From NCBI GenBank assembly GCA_964202905.1, contig CAXNJO010000006.1:288001-352000 (forward strand): a stretch of 64,000 nt of DNA. Direction: 5' to 3'. Position numbers and translations under genes: made by a program. Positions 8,959-23,913 of the stretch are shown in pieces; the first letter of the stretch is position 1, and each line of letters opens with the position of its first letter. The notes beneath the pieces were generated by a model. The model did no database searches and had not been told where the DNA came from. It saw only the letters and a program-made list of their open reading frames with translations. The stretch is from Polyangiales bacterium. Its GTDB lineage: Bacteria; Myxococcota_A; Polyangia; Polyangiales; JADJQN01.

Positions 8959-11601
8959 ATGCCGTCCGTGAAACGCCTCGCCTGCGCGGCCCTCGTCGCG
9001 TCGCTCTTCGTTCCGCTCACGTCCTGCGACGCGCCGCTCACGGAGGTCGTGGTCGTCGTCGAGAGCGACCTCGCGGTGCCCGGGCAGCTCGACGAGGTGG
9101 CCGTCCAGGTCGAGGGCGCGCTCGGCATTCCCGTGACGGCGAGCGCGAAGCTCGACGGGCCGGGCGCAGCGCGGCTCCCCGTGAGCGTCGGGCTGCGGCC
9201 GAGCGGCGATCCCGGGGGCGCGTTGACCATCCGCGCCATCGGCAAGCTGCGCGGCGCCCAGCAGATCGACGCGCAGGTCCGCACGAACTTCGTCGAAGGC
9301 CGGCGGCTGCTCGTGCGGATCACGCTGCGGGCGAGCTGCATCGGGGTGCGCTGCGCCGAGACCGAGACGTGTCGCGATGGGACGTGCATCGACGCCTTCA
9401 TCCCCCCGACGGAGCTCGAGACCTTCGCGGGCGACGCGGGTGCGCCAGATGCCGCCCCGCAGGACGCGGCGCCGGACGACGCCGGGTCGGCGGACGCCGA
9501 TCTCGCGGACATGGACGGCACGGACGCGGGCGAGGACCTCGGCGCGGATGCGGGCGAGGACCTCGGCGTGGACGCGGGCGAGGACCTCGGCGTGGACGCG
9601 GGCCGCCCGGATCTCGGCGCCGACGCGGGCGCCTGCAGCGTCGATCCGGCGACGCCATGCGAGCTGCCCGACGCGCCGTGCGCGAACGCGTCGCTGCGCT
9701 GCGAGGCGGGCGCGATCGTGTGTCGCCTGGACGCGACCGTGAAAGGCGCGGGCACGCCCTGCCGGCCGGCCGCCGGGCTCTGCGATCGCGCGGAGTCATG
9801 CGATGGCCTCGCGGCCGCGTGTCCGCCGGACGGCTTCGAGCCGACGACGACCGTCTGCCGCACGGCGACCCAGCCGTGCGACGTGCCCGAGGCCTGCACC
9901 GGCGCGAGCGTGTCGTGCCCCGCGGACACGCTCCTCGCGGCAGGCACGGTGTGCCGTGCCGCGCGCGACGTCTGCGATGTCGCCGAGCGCTGCTCCGGCA
10001 CCGCGCAGGCCTGCCCGGCGGACGACCTCGCGGGGGGCCTCACCGTGTGCCGAGCCGCGAGCGGCGCCTGCGACGTCGCCGAGACGTGCAGCGGCTCGGA
10101 CGACGCGTGCCCCGCTGACGGCTTCGTGGCGCCGGGCACCGAGTGCCGTGCGGGCGCTGCGATCTGCGACGTCGCGGAGCGCTGTGACGGAGCGTCGGGC
10201 GCCTGCCCCGCCGACGCCTTCCTGCCGAGCGCGACGGAGTGCCGACCGAGCACCGGGGCCTGCGACGTCCCCGAGACCTGCGGCGGTGCGAGCGCCGCGT
10301 GCCCCACGGACGGCTTCCTCCCGTCGAGCGTCGTCTGCCGAGCGGCGGGGCTCGGCGGGTGCGACGTCGCGGAGACGTGCAACGGGGTCGGGCCGCGCTG
10401 CCCGGCGGACGGCTTCTCGAGCGCCGGTTCCGCCTGCAGCGGCGGCTTCTGCACGGGGGTCGGCGGCGATGTGCTCGGCGGGATGCACGCCGGGCGTCCC
10501 GTGCACGGTCGTCGGCGCGGAGTGTCGCGTCGGTGCCATTGTCTGCGATGGTGATGGCGTGCCTTCGTGTGTCGTCGGTGCGCGGCGTCCTGCGGGCACC
10601 GAGTGCCGCGCCGCCGCCCCCGGCGGGTGCGACCGGGCCGAGACGTGCGACGGCCTGAGCAACGCGTGCCCCGCGGACGCGTTCGTGGTGTCGGGCACCG
10701 TGTGCCGCGCGGCGTCGGGGCTCTGCGACGTCGCCGAGACGTGCAGCGGCGCGTCCGCGACGTGCCCGACCGATGGGGTCGCGGGCGGCTCCGTCGCGTG
10801 CCGGGCCTCGGCGGGCCCATGCGACGCCGCGGAGGTGTGTGACGGTGTGGCGAGGGGCTGCCCGGGGGACGCCTTCGCGTCCCCGAGCGTGATTTGCCGC
10901 GCGGCGGGGGGCGCGTGCGACGTCCTCGAGACGTGCACGGGCACGGGCGCGTCGTGCCCTGCGGACACCCGGGTCACGCCGGGGACGGTCTGCCGCATGG
11001 CGGCCGGGGTGTGCGACGTCGCCGAGACGTGCAGCGCGGCGAGCGTGAGTTGCCCGGCGAACGGGTTCGCGTCGGCGGCGACCGTGTGCCGTTCCGCGAA
11101 CGCCGGGGGCTGCGATGTCGCCGAGTTCTGCACCGGTGGGGGCGGAGCGTGTCCGGGCGATGGCTACGCGGGCGCGGGCACCGTGTGTCGGGCCTCTGCC
11201 GGGGAGTGTGACGTGGGCGAGTTCTGCCCCGGCGGGACCAGTGTTTGCCCAGCCCGACCTGATGGTGGCGCCCGGGTCGGTGTGCCGCGACGTCCGTGAT
11301 GCCGTGCGACGTGGCGGAGTTCTGCCTGGGGAGTCCGTGGTGTCCGCCCGACGGGGTCAGCGCGGAAGGCACTGTGTGCCGCTCGCCGCGGGACCCCTGT
11401 GATGCGAGCGAGCTCTGCGACGGGCGCGAGTCGACGTGTCCCCCCGACAAGCGGATCCCCGACGATGGCGAGTGCGACACCGGCGCGTGTGGCTTCGAGC
11501 GGTGTCGCGACGGCTTGTGCGTCGGCGGCAGGATCTGCCGCGAGGGCGAGTACTGCGCGTGCGATGAGTTCTGTCTGCCGAACGGGAGCGCCTGCCTCTG
11601 A
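8959..11601 (+). CDS. Large Cys-rich lipoprotein with 16 disintegrin-like repeats (three +1 frameshifts, about 880 codons when corrected)
   Basis: ATG 8959, lipobox LTSC; repeats CR.A.G.CDV.E.C.G.S..CP.D continue through frames 1>2>0>1 with single extra bases near 10458, 11254 and 11294. Confidence 0.85.
9523..9603 (+). repeat. 24-bp coding tandem repeat (DAGEDLG[A/V]) x3+
   Basis: gacgcgggcgaggacctcggcg(c/t)g repeated with period 24. Confidence 0.85.
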
Positions 11602-11620
11602 CGGCGCGTCGCGGAGGCTG

Positions 11621-13672
11621 CTAGCGCTCTGTGGCGTCGGTCGGGAGGCGCACGGAGAAGGTCGTCCCGACGCCCTCGAGCGTGCTGACCTCGATGTGTC
11701 CGCCGACGGCCGCGACGATGCGCTGCGAGATCGCGAGGCCGAGCCCCGTGCCGTGATCCTTGGTCGTCACGAAGGGCACGAAGAGGTTGGCGAGCACCTT
11801 CTGCGGGATGCCGGGGCCGGTGTCCTCGACGCGCACCTCGACGAAGGTGCGGCGCTGCCCGGTCGCGTCCTCGCGCGCGCGCAGCCCGGACGCGACCACG
11901 AGGCGCCCGCCGCTGCCCATCGCCTGGAGCGCGTTCTGCACGAGGTTGATGAGCACCTGACGGAGCTGCTCGACGTCGATGCGCGCCTGCGGGAGCCCCT
12001 CGGCGAGCGTGAGCTCCCAGGCGACGCCTGCCTCTTCGCACTCGGCGCCGAGCAGCTGCATCGAGCGGCGCACCGCCGCGTTCACGTCGATGGGTGCGGT
12101 GTCGCCGCGCGAGGGGCGGGCGTAGTCGAGGAAGGAGGCGACGACGCGGTTCAGGCGATCGACCTCCTCGACGATGATGCCGAGGAACTCGCCGCCGCCC
12201 GGCACGGCGTCTCCGGGTTCCTCCGCGAGGTACTGCGCGCTCGCCTTGATCGCGCCGAGCGGGTTGCGGATCTCGTGCGCGAGGCCGGCCGCCATCTCGC
12301 CGAGCGCGGCGAGGCGGTCGCGCTCCTTGAGCTGCTGGTAGACGCGTGAGTTCTGCACGGCGGTCGCGGCCTGCGCCGCGAGCCCCTTGAGCAGTTGCAC
12401 CTCCTCGGGCGCGAACGCGTCGCGCAGCCGCTCGTCGCGCACGCAGAGCAGGCCGTAGACCCCGTCGTCCCCGCGGAGTGCAGCGCAGACCGAGGCGTGC
12501 GTCGCGGCGAGCGTCGCGAGGATCTCCGCGAGCGCGCCCGCCTCCCGCGCCTCACCGAGCTCGCGCCGCTCCTCGAGCTCGCGCTCGAGCGCCTCGAGCA
12601 CGAGCGCGTCGTCCTTGCGCAGCCGCTCGAGAAACGGCCCCGACGGCGCGAGCTCGAGGTGGCCCATCGGCCGCGGCCCGTGGAAGCCAGCGAGCGCGAA
12701 GCCGCGCCCCGTGTCGTCGAGGAGGTAGAGCGAGGCGTGCGTCGCGCGCCGCGATTGCTCGAGCCCCGCGATGACCACGCGCGCGACGTCGTCGGTCTCG
12801 AGCACGCGCGCGAGGCGGGCGCGCAGCTCGCCGATCGTGCGCTCGAGGTCGTGCCGCTGCCGGAAGAAGAACTGCGAGATCTGCGCCTCGACCTTGGTGC
12901 GCACGGGGTCGAAGAGCAGGAGCACGACGAGCGCGGCGACGACCGAATGGAGGAAGAAGCGCCCGCTCGAGAACAGCACGAGCACCCAGAAGATCGACGC
13001 GAGCGTGAAAGCGACCGCCGTCATCACCGTGAGGCGCCCCGCGAGCTCGTAGAGGTCGAGGAGGCGCGAGCGGACGATCGATTGCGAGAGCACGTAGAGG
13101 AAGACCAGCGTCAGCACCGTCCCGACGGGCGGGATGTCGAGGCCGACGTAGGGCAGGTAGTCGAGGATCGTGAACGTCGCGGCGAGCGCGCCGACCAGCG
13201 TCAGATACGTCCCGCGCGCCCGGTCGAAGCGCGAGCCCTCCGCGCGCGCGCGCCCACCCATCATCAGGAGCGACGCGCCGAGCACGATCACGACGAAGAC
13301 GAAGATCGACGCGCGCACGACGATGTGCGCGTAGGCGGGCGTGAGGATGACGGCGGTGAGCGCGCCGCCCGCGAGCAGCGAGGCGCGCGGGAGGAGGGTC
13401 GCGTGCCGCGGATCGCCCGCGACGAAGGCCCGGAAGAACTGCACCGCCGTGACCGGGAGCAGCACGGCGCAGGTGAGGTTGACGCGCCCCCACGTCCCGA
13501 CGTCGCCGGCGACGGCCGCGAGGAAGGCCGTGAGGTACCAGGCCCCGACCGTCGCGGCGAAGAGCGCGAACAGCCAGTGCACGCGGCGCTTGCGCGAGCG
13601 CAGCCCGACCGACGCTGCGATGGCGACGCTGAGCACGGCCGCGATCAGCGAGGTCTGGGTGCGCAGATCCAC
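11621..13672 (-). CDS. Multi-TM sensor histidine kinase (membrane domain, GAF, HisKA, HATPase)
   Basis: About 8 hydrophobic segments; GAF-like region (GLLCVRD...FAPEEVQLL); H-box AAGLAHEIRNPL; QVLINLVQNA, DTGPGI, LFVPFVTTK, GTGLGLAI; probable GTG start 13672. Confidence 0.92.
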   Translation of the reverse strand: MDLRTQTSLIAAVLSVAIAASVGLRSRKRRVHWLFALFAATVGAWYLTAFLAAVAGDVGTWGRVNLTCAVLLPVTAVQFFRAFVAGDPRHATLLPRASLLAGGALTAVILTPAYAHIVVRASIFVFVVIVLGASLLMMGGRARAEGSRFDRARGTYLTLVGALAATFTILDYLPYVGLDIPPVGTVLTLVFLYVLSQSIVRSRLLDLYELAGRLTVMTAVAFTLASIFWVLVLFSSGRFFLHSVVAALVVLLLFDPVRTKVEAQISQFFFRQRHDLERTIGELRARLARVLETDDVARVVIAGLEQSRRATHASLYLLDDTGRGFALAGFHGPRPMGHLELAPSGPFLERLRKDDALVLEALERELEERRELGEAREAGALAEILATLAATHASVCAALRGDDGVYGLLCVRDERLRDAFAPEEVQLLKGLAAQAATAVQNSRVYQQLKERDRLAALGEMAAGLAHEIRNPLGAIKASAQYLAEEPGDAVPGGGEFLGIIVEEVDRLNRVVASFLDYARPSRGDTAPIDVNAAVRRSMQLLGAECEEAGVAWELTLAEGLPQARIDVEQLRQVLINLVQNALQAMGSGGRLVVASGLRAREDATGQRRTFVEVRVEDTGPGIPQKVLANLFVPFVTTKDHGTGLGLAISQRIVAAVGGHIEVSTLEGVGTTFSVRLPTDATER

Positions 13673-13762
13673 GGGGCCCCGCCGAGTGTGCGGGACGCCG
13701 CGTGCCGCGACCAGCGGCGCGCGCGGCGTGGCGACGCGCATCGTGGGCGTGTCGGGGTGGTC

Positions 13763-13811
13763 TCAGCGCGCGGCGTCGCGGTCAGCGCACGGCGTCGCGG
13801 TCAGCGCGCGG
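13763..13811. repeat. 19-bp direct repeat, about 2.5 copies, upstream of the histidine kinase
   Basis: tcagcgc(g/a)cggcgtcgcgg starting at 13763, 13782 and 13801 (partial). Confidence 0.7.
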
Positions 13812-13860
13812 ACGCCCCGTTCACGTCGGTGGCGTGGCCGCCGAGAACGCAGGACCGCGA

Positions 13861-14525
13861 TCAGTACGTGCCCGGCTCGCGCACGGGCTGGCTCGGCTGG
13901 GGGGAGGGGTCGCCTGCCGCGGCGCCGCTGCGATCGCTCGGCTGCGGCGAGGGATCGCCGCCATTGGGCGGGGTCGCGAGGGGCTCGACGGTCGAGGGTG
14001 GCGGCGCGCTCGGCTGCGGGGAGGGGTCGCCCGCGGCGGCGCTGCTCCGCTGGAAGGTCGTCGCCCCGGTGGGGGTCGTCGGCTGGACCCGCGCGTCGAG
14101 GCCCCCGGCGAGCGCGCCGGGCTCGAGCGCGTCGATGCGCAGCAGGTCCGCGACGAGCCCGGCCGCGTCGACGCAGCGCGGCTCCCCGTCGACGATCACG
14201 GCGCACAGCGAGGGCGCGCCCTCGACGGGCGCGATCACGATGGCGTCGGCCGTTTCGAGCGTGTCCTCACAACCCGCCGGGAGCCCGCGCCACGCGGCTG
14301 GAGGGAGCGGCTCGCGCGCGGTCGTCACGAGGCCCGCGAGCGCCGCGGCTGCCTCCTCGTTCGAGCCGTGGCCGCCGGTCACGCAGCTGGCGCCGGTGAC
14401 GCCGAGCAGCGCCAGCGCGAGCAGCGCGCGCCCGCTCCGCCGCTGGCCGTTCGCATGCGCTTCGCGCGCGTTTCGTCCGGTTCCGTGACTCGCCATCGAT
14501 CCCTCGTTCTCGCTGCGCATCGTCG

Positions 14526-14529
<4 letters not shown>
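13861..14529 (-). CDS. Small putative lipoprotein with three C-terminal GDPSPQPS repeats
   Basis: ATG overlaps the activator stop (ATGA, 14526-14529); alternative ATG at 14496 with GAGGG RBS; signal ALLALALLGVTGASC; normal high-GC codon use. Confidence 0.75.
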
Positions 14530-18503
<3,974 letters not shown>

Positions 18504-18665
18504 CGCGCCCACCCGGCTGCAAGCCGCGTGCGCATGCCCCCCGCGGCGCGCCGCCAGGAAATCACGGGGGCTCGCGACGGCTGGCGTGCGGCACGCCGGG
18601 CGCGCCGTGCAGTTCCTGACGCCCACTCCGTGCAGCGGCACCCGCGCGGACCGATCCCGTCGCGT

Positions 18666-19826
18666 TCAGCGCCGCGTCGCGAGCTCGGCGAGGAGCTGGT
18701 CGACCTTCGCGAGCAGGGCGCGGTTTCCGTCCTGCGTGTGCCGGCGCAGCGCGTCGGCGTAGGCGTCCGCGCGCGCGAGGAAGGTGTCGAGCGCCTCGCG
18801 CGTCACCCGCTCGTGGTGCTCGCCGTAGCCGAGCAGTTCGAGGTAGCGCGCGCTCACGATCTGCTCGAAATGCCGGGCGATCGGGATGCTGTAGATGGGC
18901 TTGCCGAGGTACACGGCCTCGCCCATCAGCGTGAAGCCGCCGCCCGTGATGACGGCGCGCGCGCCCGCGAGGTCGTCGATGAACCCGGCCTCGGAGAAGC
19001 GCCGCAGCAGCACGTTCGGGGAAAAACGGAGATCGTCGCCCTCGGGGGTCGCGCGCTCGGCGACGAGCGCAGGCAGCGGGGCGTCCGGCCGCAGGAAGCC
19101 ATACACATGGAATGGCGTGTCGAGCCCTGCGAGCACCTCGAGCATGGCCGTGTTGCTGGCGCTCGTCTGGTAGACGAGGACGTGCGGGCCGCGGGTGGCG
19201 CGCGCCTTCGCCGCGAGGATCTCGGGCCGCAGAATGGGCGGGAAGAGCGAGGTCTCGCGGCGGTACTTCGGCTTGATCGGCGGGAAGAAGAAGGTCGTGA
19301 CGAGGTAGTGGCGTGCGCCCGTCATCTTCGTGCGGATGAGGTGGCGCGCGAGGTCGAAGTCCGCGCGGTAGTCGCGGAGCACCGTGCCGTTCTGGGCCTT
19401 CACCGTGAGCACGTCGTCGGGGTGCTGGAGCAGCGGGATCGCGTGCTGGTTGTCGATCGAGAGCAGCGGCTTGCCGTTCGCCTTCGCATAGAAGTACGCG
19501 AACGAGTCGAAGTCGCTGATGACCGCGTCCGCGTCGAAGCCACGCACCGCGCGCACCCAGGCGTCGACGTTGTCGAGCGCGTACCCGGCGCCCTCCGAGA
19601 GGATCTTCAGCGCGGTCGCGTCGCGGTCGACGGCGTTGTCCTCGTAGAGCAGCGGCAGGCCGCTGATCTCGACCACGTCGGCGAAGTGCTTCGAGAGGAA
19701 CGCGTGCGCGCGCCCGCTGACCACGATCTTCACGCGGTGCCCGCGGGACTCGAGGTGTTCGAGCACCACCCGGGAGCGCACCGCGTGCCCCATCCCCTCA
19801 CCGACCACGCCGTAGAGGATCTTCAT
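18666..19826 (-). CDS. GT-B glycosyltransferase, MJ1255/VC2487-like family
   Basis: MKILYGVVGEGMGHAVRS, VISDFD, SIDNQH, PPILR, HVLVY, ITGGGFTLMGEAVYLGKP, HFEQ. Confidence 0.88.
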   Translation of the reverse strand: MKILYGVVGEGMGHAVRSRVVLEHLESRGHRVKIVVSGRAHAFLSKHFADVVEISGLPLLYEDNAVDRDATALKILSEGAGYALDNVDAWVRAVRGFDADAVISDFDSFAYFYAKANGKPLLSIDNQHAIPLLQHPDDVLTVKAQNGTVLRDYRADFDLARHLIRTKMTGARHYLVTTFFFPPIKPKYRRETSLFPPILRPEILAAKARATRGPHVLVYQTSASNTAMLEVLAGLDTPFHVYGFLRPDAPLPALVAERATPEGDDLRFSPNVLLRRFSEAGFIDDLAGARAVITGGGFTLMGEAVYLGKPIYSIPIARHFEQIVSARYLELLGYGEHHERVTREALDTFLARADAYADALRRHTQDGNRALLAKVDQLLAELATRR

Positions 19827-19895
19827 GGGGCCCTCCTCACCGCGTCCTCCGCCGAGCCGTGGCGGCACCGGGGACGCTCCATGCGGCGCCGCACG

Positions 19896-21006
19896 TCACG
19901 GCGCGGTGCAGTCGACGGGGTCCATCTCCGCGACCCACTGCCGCACGAGCGCGAGTCCCTCGCCGTGGACGACGACGCTGCCGAGCTCCGGCATGCGGAT
20001 CTCGGGCTCTTCGGAGGCCATGCGGCAGATGAGGATCGACTGGTCGGGGTTGCCCGGGACGATGTCGAAGTTGAGGCCGCACGAGCCGCGCCCCGCGGCG
20101 GGCGGCGTCTTGCAGATGCCGAGGCGCGTCGGGTCGGTCATCTCCCAGCCGAGGTAGAGCCCGCTCGGGCTCGCGCGTCCCCCGGCGCGGTGGCAGTGCG
20201 CGCAGTTGGCCTCGAGGTAGGCGCGGGCTCGAACCTCCGTCGTCACCGAGGGATCCGTCGTCGCCGGGTCCGTCATCGCGAGCCGCATCGCGCGCGGTGG
20301 CGGCGTGCGGTCGAAGAAGCCGAGCGCGGCCAGGTGATCGACCTGATTCTCCAGGCCGCTCCCGTAGTCGAAGTCGGAGTCGAGCTGGCGCGTCCGCGGC
20401 CCGAGCGGGCCGAGCACGTCCTCGCCGGCATGACAGGTGCGGCACTGGTTCGTGTTGGGGACGCGGTAGATGGACTCGCGCGTCACGCCCGCGCCATCGA
20501 GCCAGGCGTGCGTGAACGTCTTGCCGGCGATGGTGCGCACCGCCTCGGTCTGCGCGTCGTTCCACACGTACGTCATCGCGTCCCAACCCTCGGCGCGGCG
20601 CCAGAGGATGCGCGTCTCGATCAGGCGCTCGCCGCTCGCGGGATCGCGCGGGTCGTCGGCGTAGGCGAACGTCTTCACGAGGACGGTGTCGACGGGGTAG
20701 CCCCACATCGACTCGTCGTCGTACGCGATCGTCGTCCCCGGCGGCAGGCGCAGGAAGCGGTGCTTCGCGGCGTAGTCCGAGAAGAGCGGTGAGACCGGCG
20801 CGTAGGGCACGACGCCCGCGGCCGGCACCTGCGTGTGGCCATCGCCCTCGAAGAGTCCGCCACGCCGAGAGCGTCGCCGGCCACCCGTTCGCGTCGACGC
20901 CGCCGTCGGGCGATGCGGGGCGGCGGGCTCGCCGCCGCCGCACGCCGCGGACAGCAGAGCCGAGCACGATGAACGCAGAGCGCGAACGAGCTGGCGGAGG
21001 TGACAT
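19896..21006 (-). CDS. Diheme c-type cytochrome lipoprotein (SO2930/HNE_0200-like), N-terminus frameshifted
   Basis: CRTCH and CAHCH; PLFSDYAAKHRF, VKTFAY, LIETR, IVPGNPDQSIL, RMPELG..VVH.EG; signal/lipobox LLSAAC and PATLSAW-GLF are spread over frames between 20860 and 21006. Confidence 0.85.
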
Positions 21007-21030
21007 CGTCGGGGGCCTTTCCGTGGCGCG

Positions 21031-22366
21031 TCAGGGAGCGATCGTCGACCGGCGTGTGCGCGGGGTGCGTGCAGTCGTGCGGCGCGAGGTCGCGCGAGGG
21101 CATGACCTCGGCCGTCCCGCCCATGATGAACTGCGTCGCGACGTCGGCGGCGTCGAAGTTGATGAAGGTCTGCGCGGTGTTGCCGCGGATGCAGAGGCGC
21201 TTGTCGTCCATGCCTGCGAGCGCGGGATTGGCGTAACCATCGTAGAGGATGTCTTCGAGTACGGGGGTCTCGACGTCCGGCTGCGTCGCGGCGATCACGA
21301 CCTGCACGAGCGCGTTCGAGCTGGGGCTGCGGCCGTTGTTCGTGAAGGTGTTGTCGTGGAGGTTCAACGTCTCGTTCCACGTGTCGTACGGGGGCGCCGG
21401 GCGCGACTCACCGGCGAGCGAGATGAGCGACTCGTAGCTGACGACGAGCACGGCCGTCGTGTCGTTGTCGCGCACGTCGTTCGCGTCCATCTCGACGTCG
21501 TTGCCCGCGAGGATCATCACGCCGATGCCGTCCGGCACGAGGCCGATGATGCCGACGGCCGCGAAGTTGCGGCGGTTGTTCTCGTACACGTCGTTGTCGT
21601 GGAGGCGCGTCGTGCGCCCGTTCGGGATGGTGACGAGGTTCGGCAGATCGAAGACCAGGATGCCGGCCGTGTTGTCGAAGGCCTCGTTGCCGTAGACGTC
21701 GGCGTCGATGCAGTTCTCGATCTCGATGCCGGCGACGTTCTTGCGGGCGATGTTGTTGCGCACGATCACGTTGCGCGACTGCCCGACGTACACGCCCGCG
21801 TCGGCGGCGCCGACGATCTCGCAGCCCTCGATGAGCACATCGGTCGACTCGACCGGGTAGAGCGCGTACGCGCCGTTCGTCGAGAGCGCGGCGTCCGGCG
21901 TGCCGTCCGGCCCGTCCCAGGACACGCGCACGCGGCGGAAGGTGACGCCCGTCGCGGCGGTGACGCGGACGCCGTCGCCGCGCGTGTTCTTCACGGCGAT
22001 GTCCTCCATCACGAGGTCGTCGCCCGTGATGTCCATGCCCTGCGCGCCGGCCGTTTGCGCGTCGAAATCGAAGACCGTCGCGTTCGCGCCGTTCATGCCC
22101 GCGCCGCGGACTTTCACGCCATCGACGGAGAGCGAGATCTCCTCGGAGAAGGCGAACGTGCCCGGCGCGAAGCAGACGACGTCGCCGGTGGAGGCGCCGA
22201 TGAGCGCCTCCTGCACCTCGGTCTGCGCGGCCGCGCTGGGGCGCAGCACGACGGTGCAGTCGGCGGGGGCGACGTAGCCCGCGTCGTCGTCGTCGCCGCC
22301 GCAGCCAGCGAGCGCGAGGAGGAGGGCGGGGAGGACGGTGGGCAGCGCGTGACGGGGTCGGAACAT
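21031..22366 (-). CDS. Parallel beta-helix repeat lipoprotein, partner of the diheme cytochrome
   Basis: ATG 22366 after GAGGTG; lipobox LAGC; NGAYALYPV, GAADAGVYVGQS, NVAGIEIEN, NTAGILVFDLP; probable true stop at 21031 via a frameshift near 21045 (called ORF runs on to 20675 as junk). Confidence 0.85.
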
Positions 22367-22616
22367 GGGCACCTCGAAGTGGCGTTCACCATAACAGACC
22401 CGCGCGCGCGGGCGGGGGCTTGCGCGTCGTGGCGGCGCGTGGGCGCGGCGCAGCGCCGCAGGTGTCGCCGGACGCGGGGACCGGGCGCGCCGAAGGGCGC
22501 GTGCGCGTGCTCTGCCTCACCGCGCGCGCCGAGATGCGGTCGGCGTGTTTGACGGTCGTCGCGCCCGCCGACTACGCTGGCTCCCGCGGTGCGCCTCTGC
22601 GCCGCGAGGAGAGCGC

Positions 22617-23520
22617 ATGACCCGTTCGCGACACGCCGTGTTCCCTGCCGGACTCCTCTTCGTCCTCGCCCTCGGCGCGTGCGCGTCGGGCGTCGGCGAG
22701 CCGGGCGGTGGCGGATCGGGCACGGATCTCGGCGTGCGCGTGGACCTCGGGCCACGCGTGGATCTCGGCGCGACGGACCTCGGGGGCGGGCCGGGCGTGG
22801 ACCTCGGGATGTCGATGGGCTGCGCGCCGGGCGTGCGGCGCGGCCGAGTCGTGCTGCGGCGGTCGTTGCGTCAACCGCGCGACCGACGAGGAGAACTGCG
22901 GCACCTGCGGCACCGCGTGCGCCGCGGGGCAGGCGTGCGAGTCGGGCTCCTGCGTCGCCGCGTGCCCGACGCCCTGCAATCCGGGCGAGTCGTGCGTGGG
23001 CGGCGTCTGCAAATGCGGGCTCGGCGGCGCGTGCAGCACGGGGCAGTCGTGCTGCAGCGGCGCGTGCGCGGATCTGCAGACCAGCGAGCGCCACTGCGGG
23101 ATGTGCGGGACGGGCTGCGCGACGGGGCAGGATTGCACGGCGGGCCTGTGCCGCGCGCCCGTCGTCTGCACGCCTGCGTGCACGGGCGGGCTCACCTGCG
23201 TCGGCGGCGCCTGCGTGTGCGGCGCGACGGGCGCCGCGTGCCTGGCCGGGCAGACGTGCAGTGGCGGCTTCTGCGTCACGCCGACCTGCACGCCGTCGTG
23301 CACCGGCGGCCTCACGTGCATGGGCGGCCGCTGCGTCTGCGGTTCGACGGGCGGCGCGTGCCCCTCGGGGCAGATCTGCTCGGGCGGTTCGTGCGTGAGC
23401 GATGGGCTGTGCGGGGGCTCGACGTGCGCGCCCCTCTTCGAGACGTGCTGCGGCGGCGTGTGCTGTTTGGCACTCCCGGTCAATTTCTGCTTGGGCGGTG
23501 TAGTCTGCGCGATGCCTTGA
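22617..23520 (+). CDS. Cys-rich lipoprotein (Stig1/myxobacterial Cys-rich repeats), one +1 frameshift
   Basis: ATG 22617 after AGGAG; lipobox LGAC; DLG linker; extra G near 22830 moves frame into CCGGRCVN..TDEENCGTCGTAC, CADLQTSERHCGMCG. Confidence 0.82.
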
Positions 23521-23583
23521 TCGCTGAGCGAGCCGCGCGGGCCACCTATCCGCACGCGCGGATCTGCTAACGTCCGCGCGCCC

Positions 23584-23913
23584 ATGAGCACCACCGAGTC
23601 CGTCCCTCCGGACGCAGAGACGATCACCGCCGCGCAGGTGCGGCACGTTGCGAAGCTCGCGCGGCTCGCGCTCTCGGAGCCGGAGCTCGAGACGATGCGC
23701 GTGCAGCTCTCGCGCATCCTCGGCCACGTCGCTTCGCTCGACGCGCTCGACGTCGCGGACGTGCCGCCCACCTCGCACGCCGTGCCGCTCGATGCGGCGC
23801 TGCGCGAGGACGTCGTGCGTGATTCGCTGCCGCGGCGCGAATTGCTCGCGGCGGCCCCCGCGACCGAGGCCGGCGCCTTCGCGGTGCCGAAGGTGCTCGA
23901 GGGGGACGCGTGA
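23584..23913 (+). CDS. gatC: Asp/Glu-tRNA amidotransferase subunit C
   Basis: VRHVAKLARLAL, VPPTSH, LREDVV, FAVPKV; first gene of gatCAB. Confidence 0.95.
   Translation: MSTTESVPPDAETITAAQVRHVAKLARLALSEPELETMRVQLSRILGHVASLDALDVADVPPTSHAVPLDAALREDVVRDSLPRRELLAAAPATEAGAFAVPKVLEGDA

Noticed and set aside
11621..13672. Calling the kinase PrsK of a PEP-CTERM/exosortase system
   Set aside because: The TM-GAF-HK layout is similar, but no PrsR, exosortase or PEP-CTERM genes are in the window.
18518..18535. Sigma54 promoter-like TGCGCACGCGGCTTGCA upstream of the activator (minus strand)
   Set aside because: Matches CACG-N4-TTGCA, but the normally invariant -24 GG reads CG; not supportable without data.
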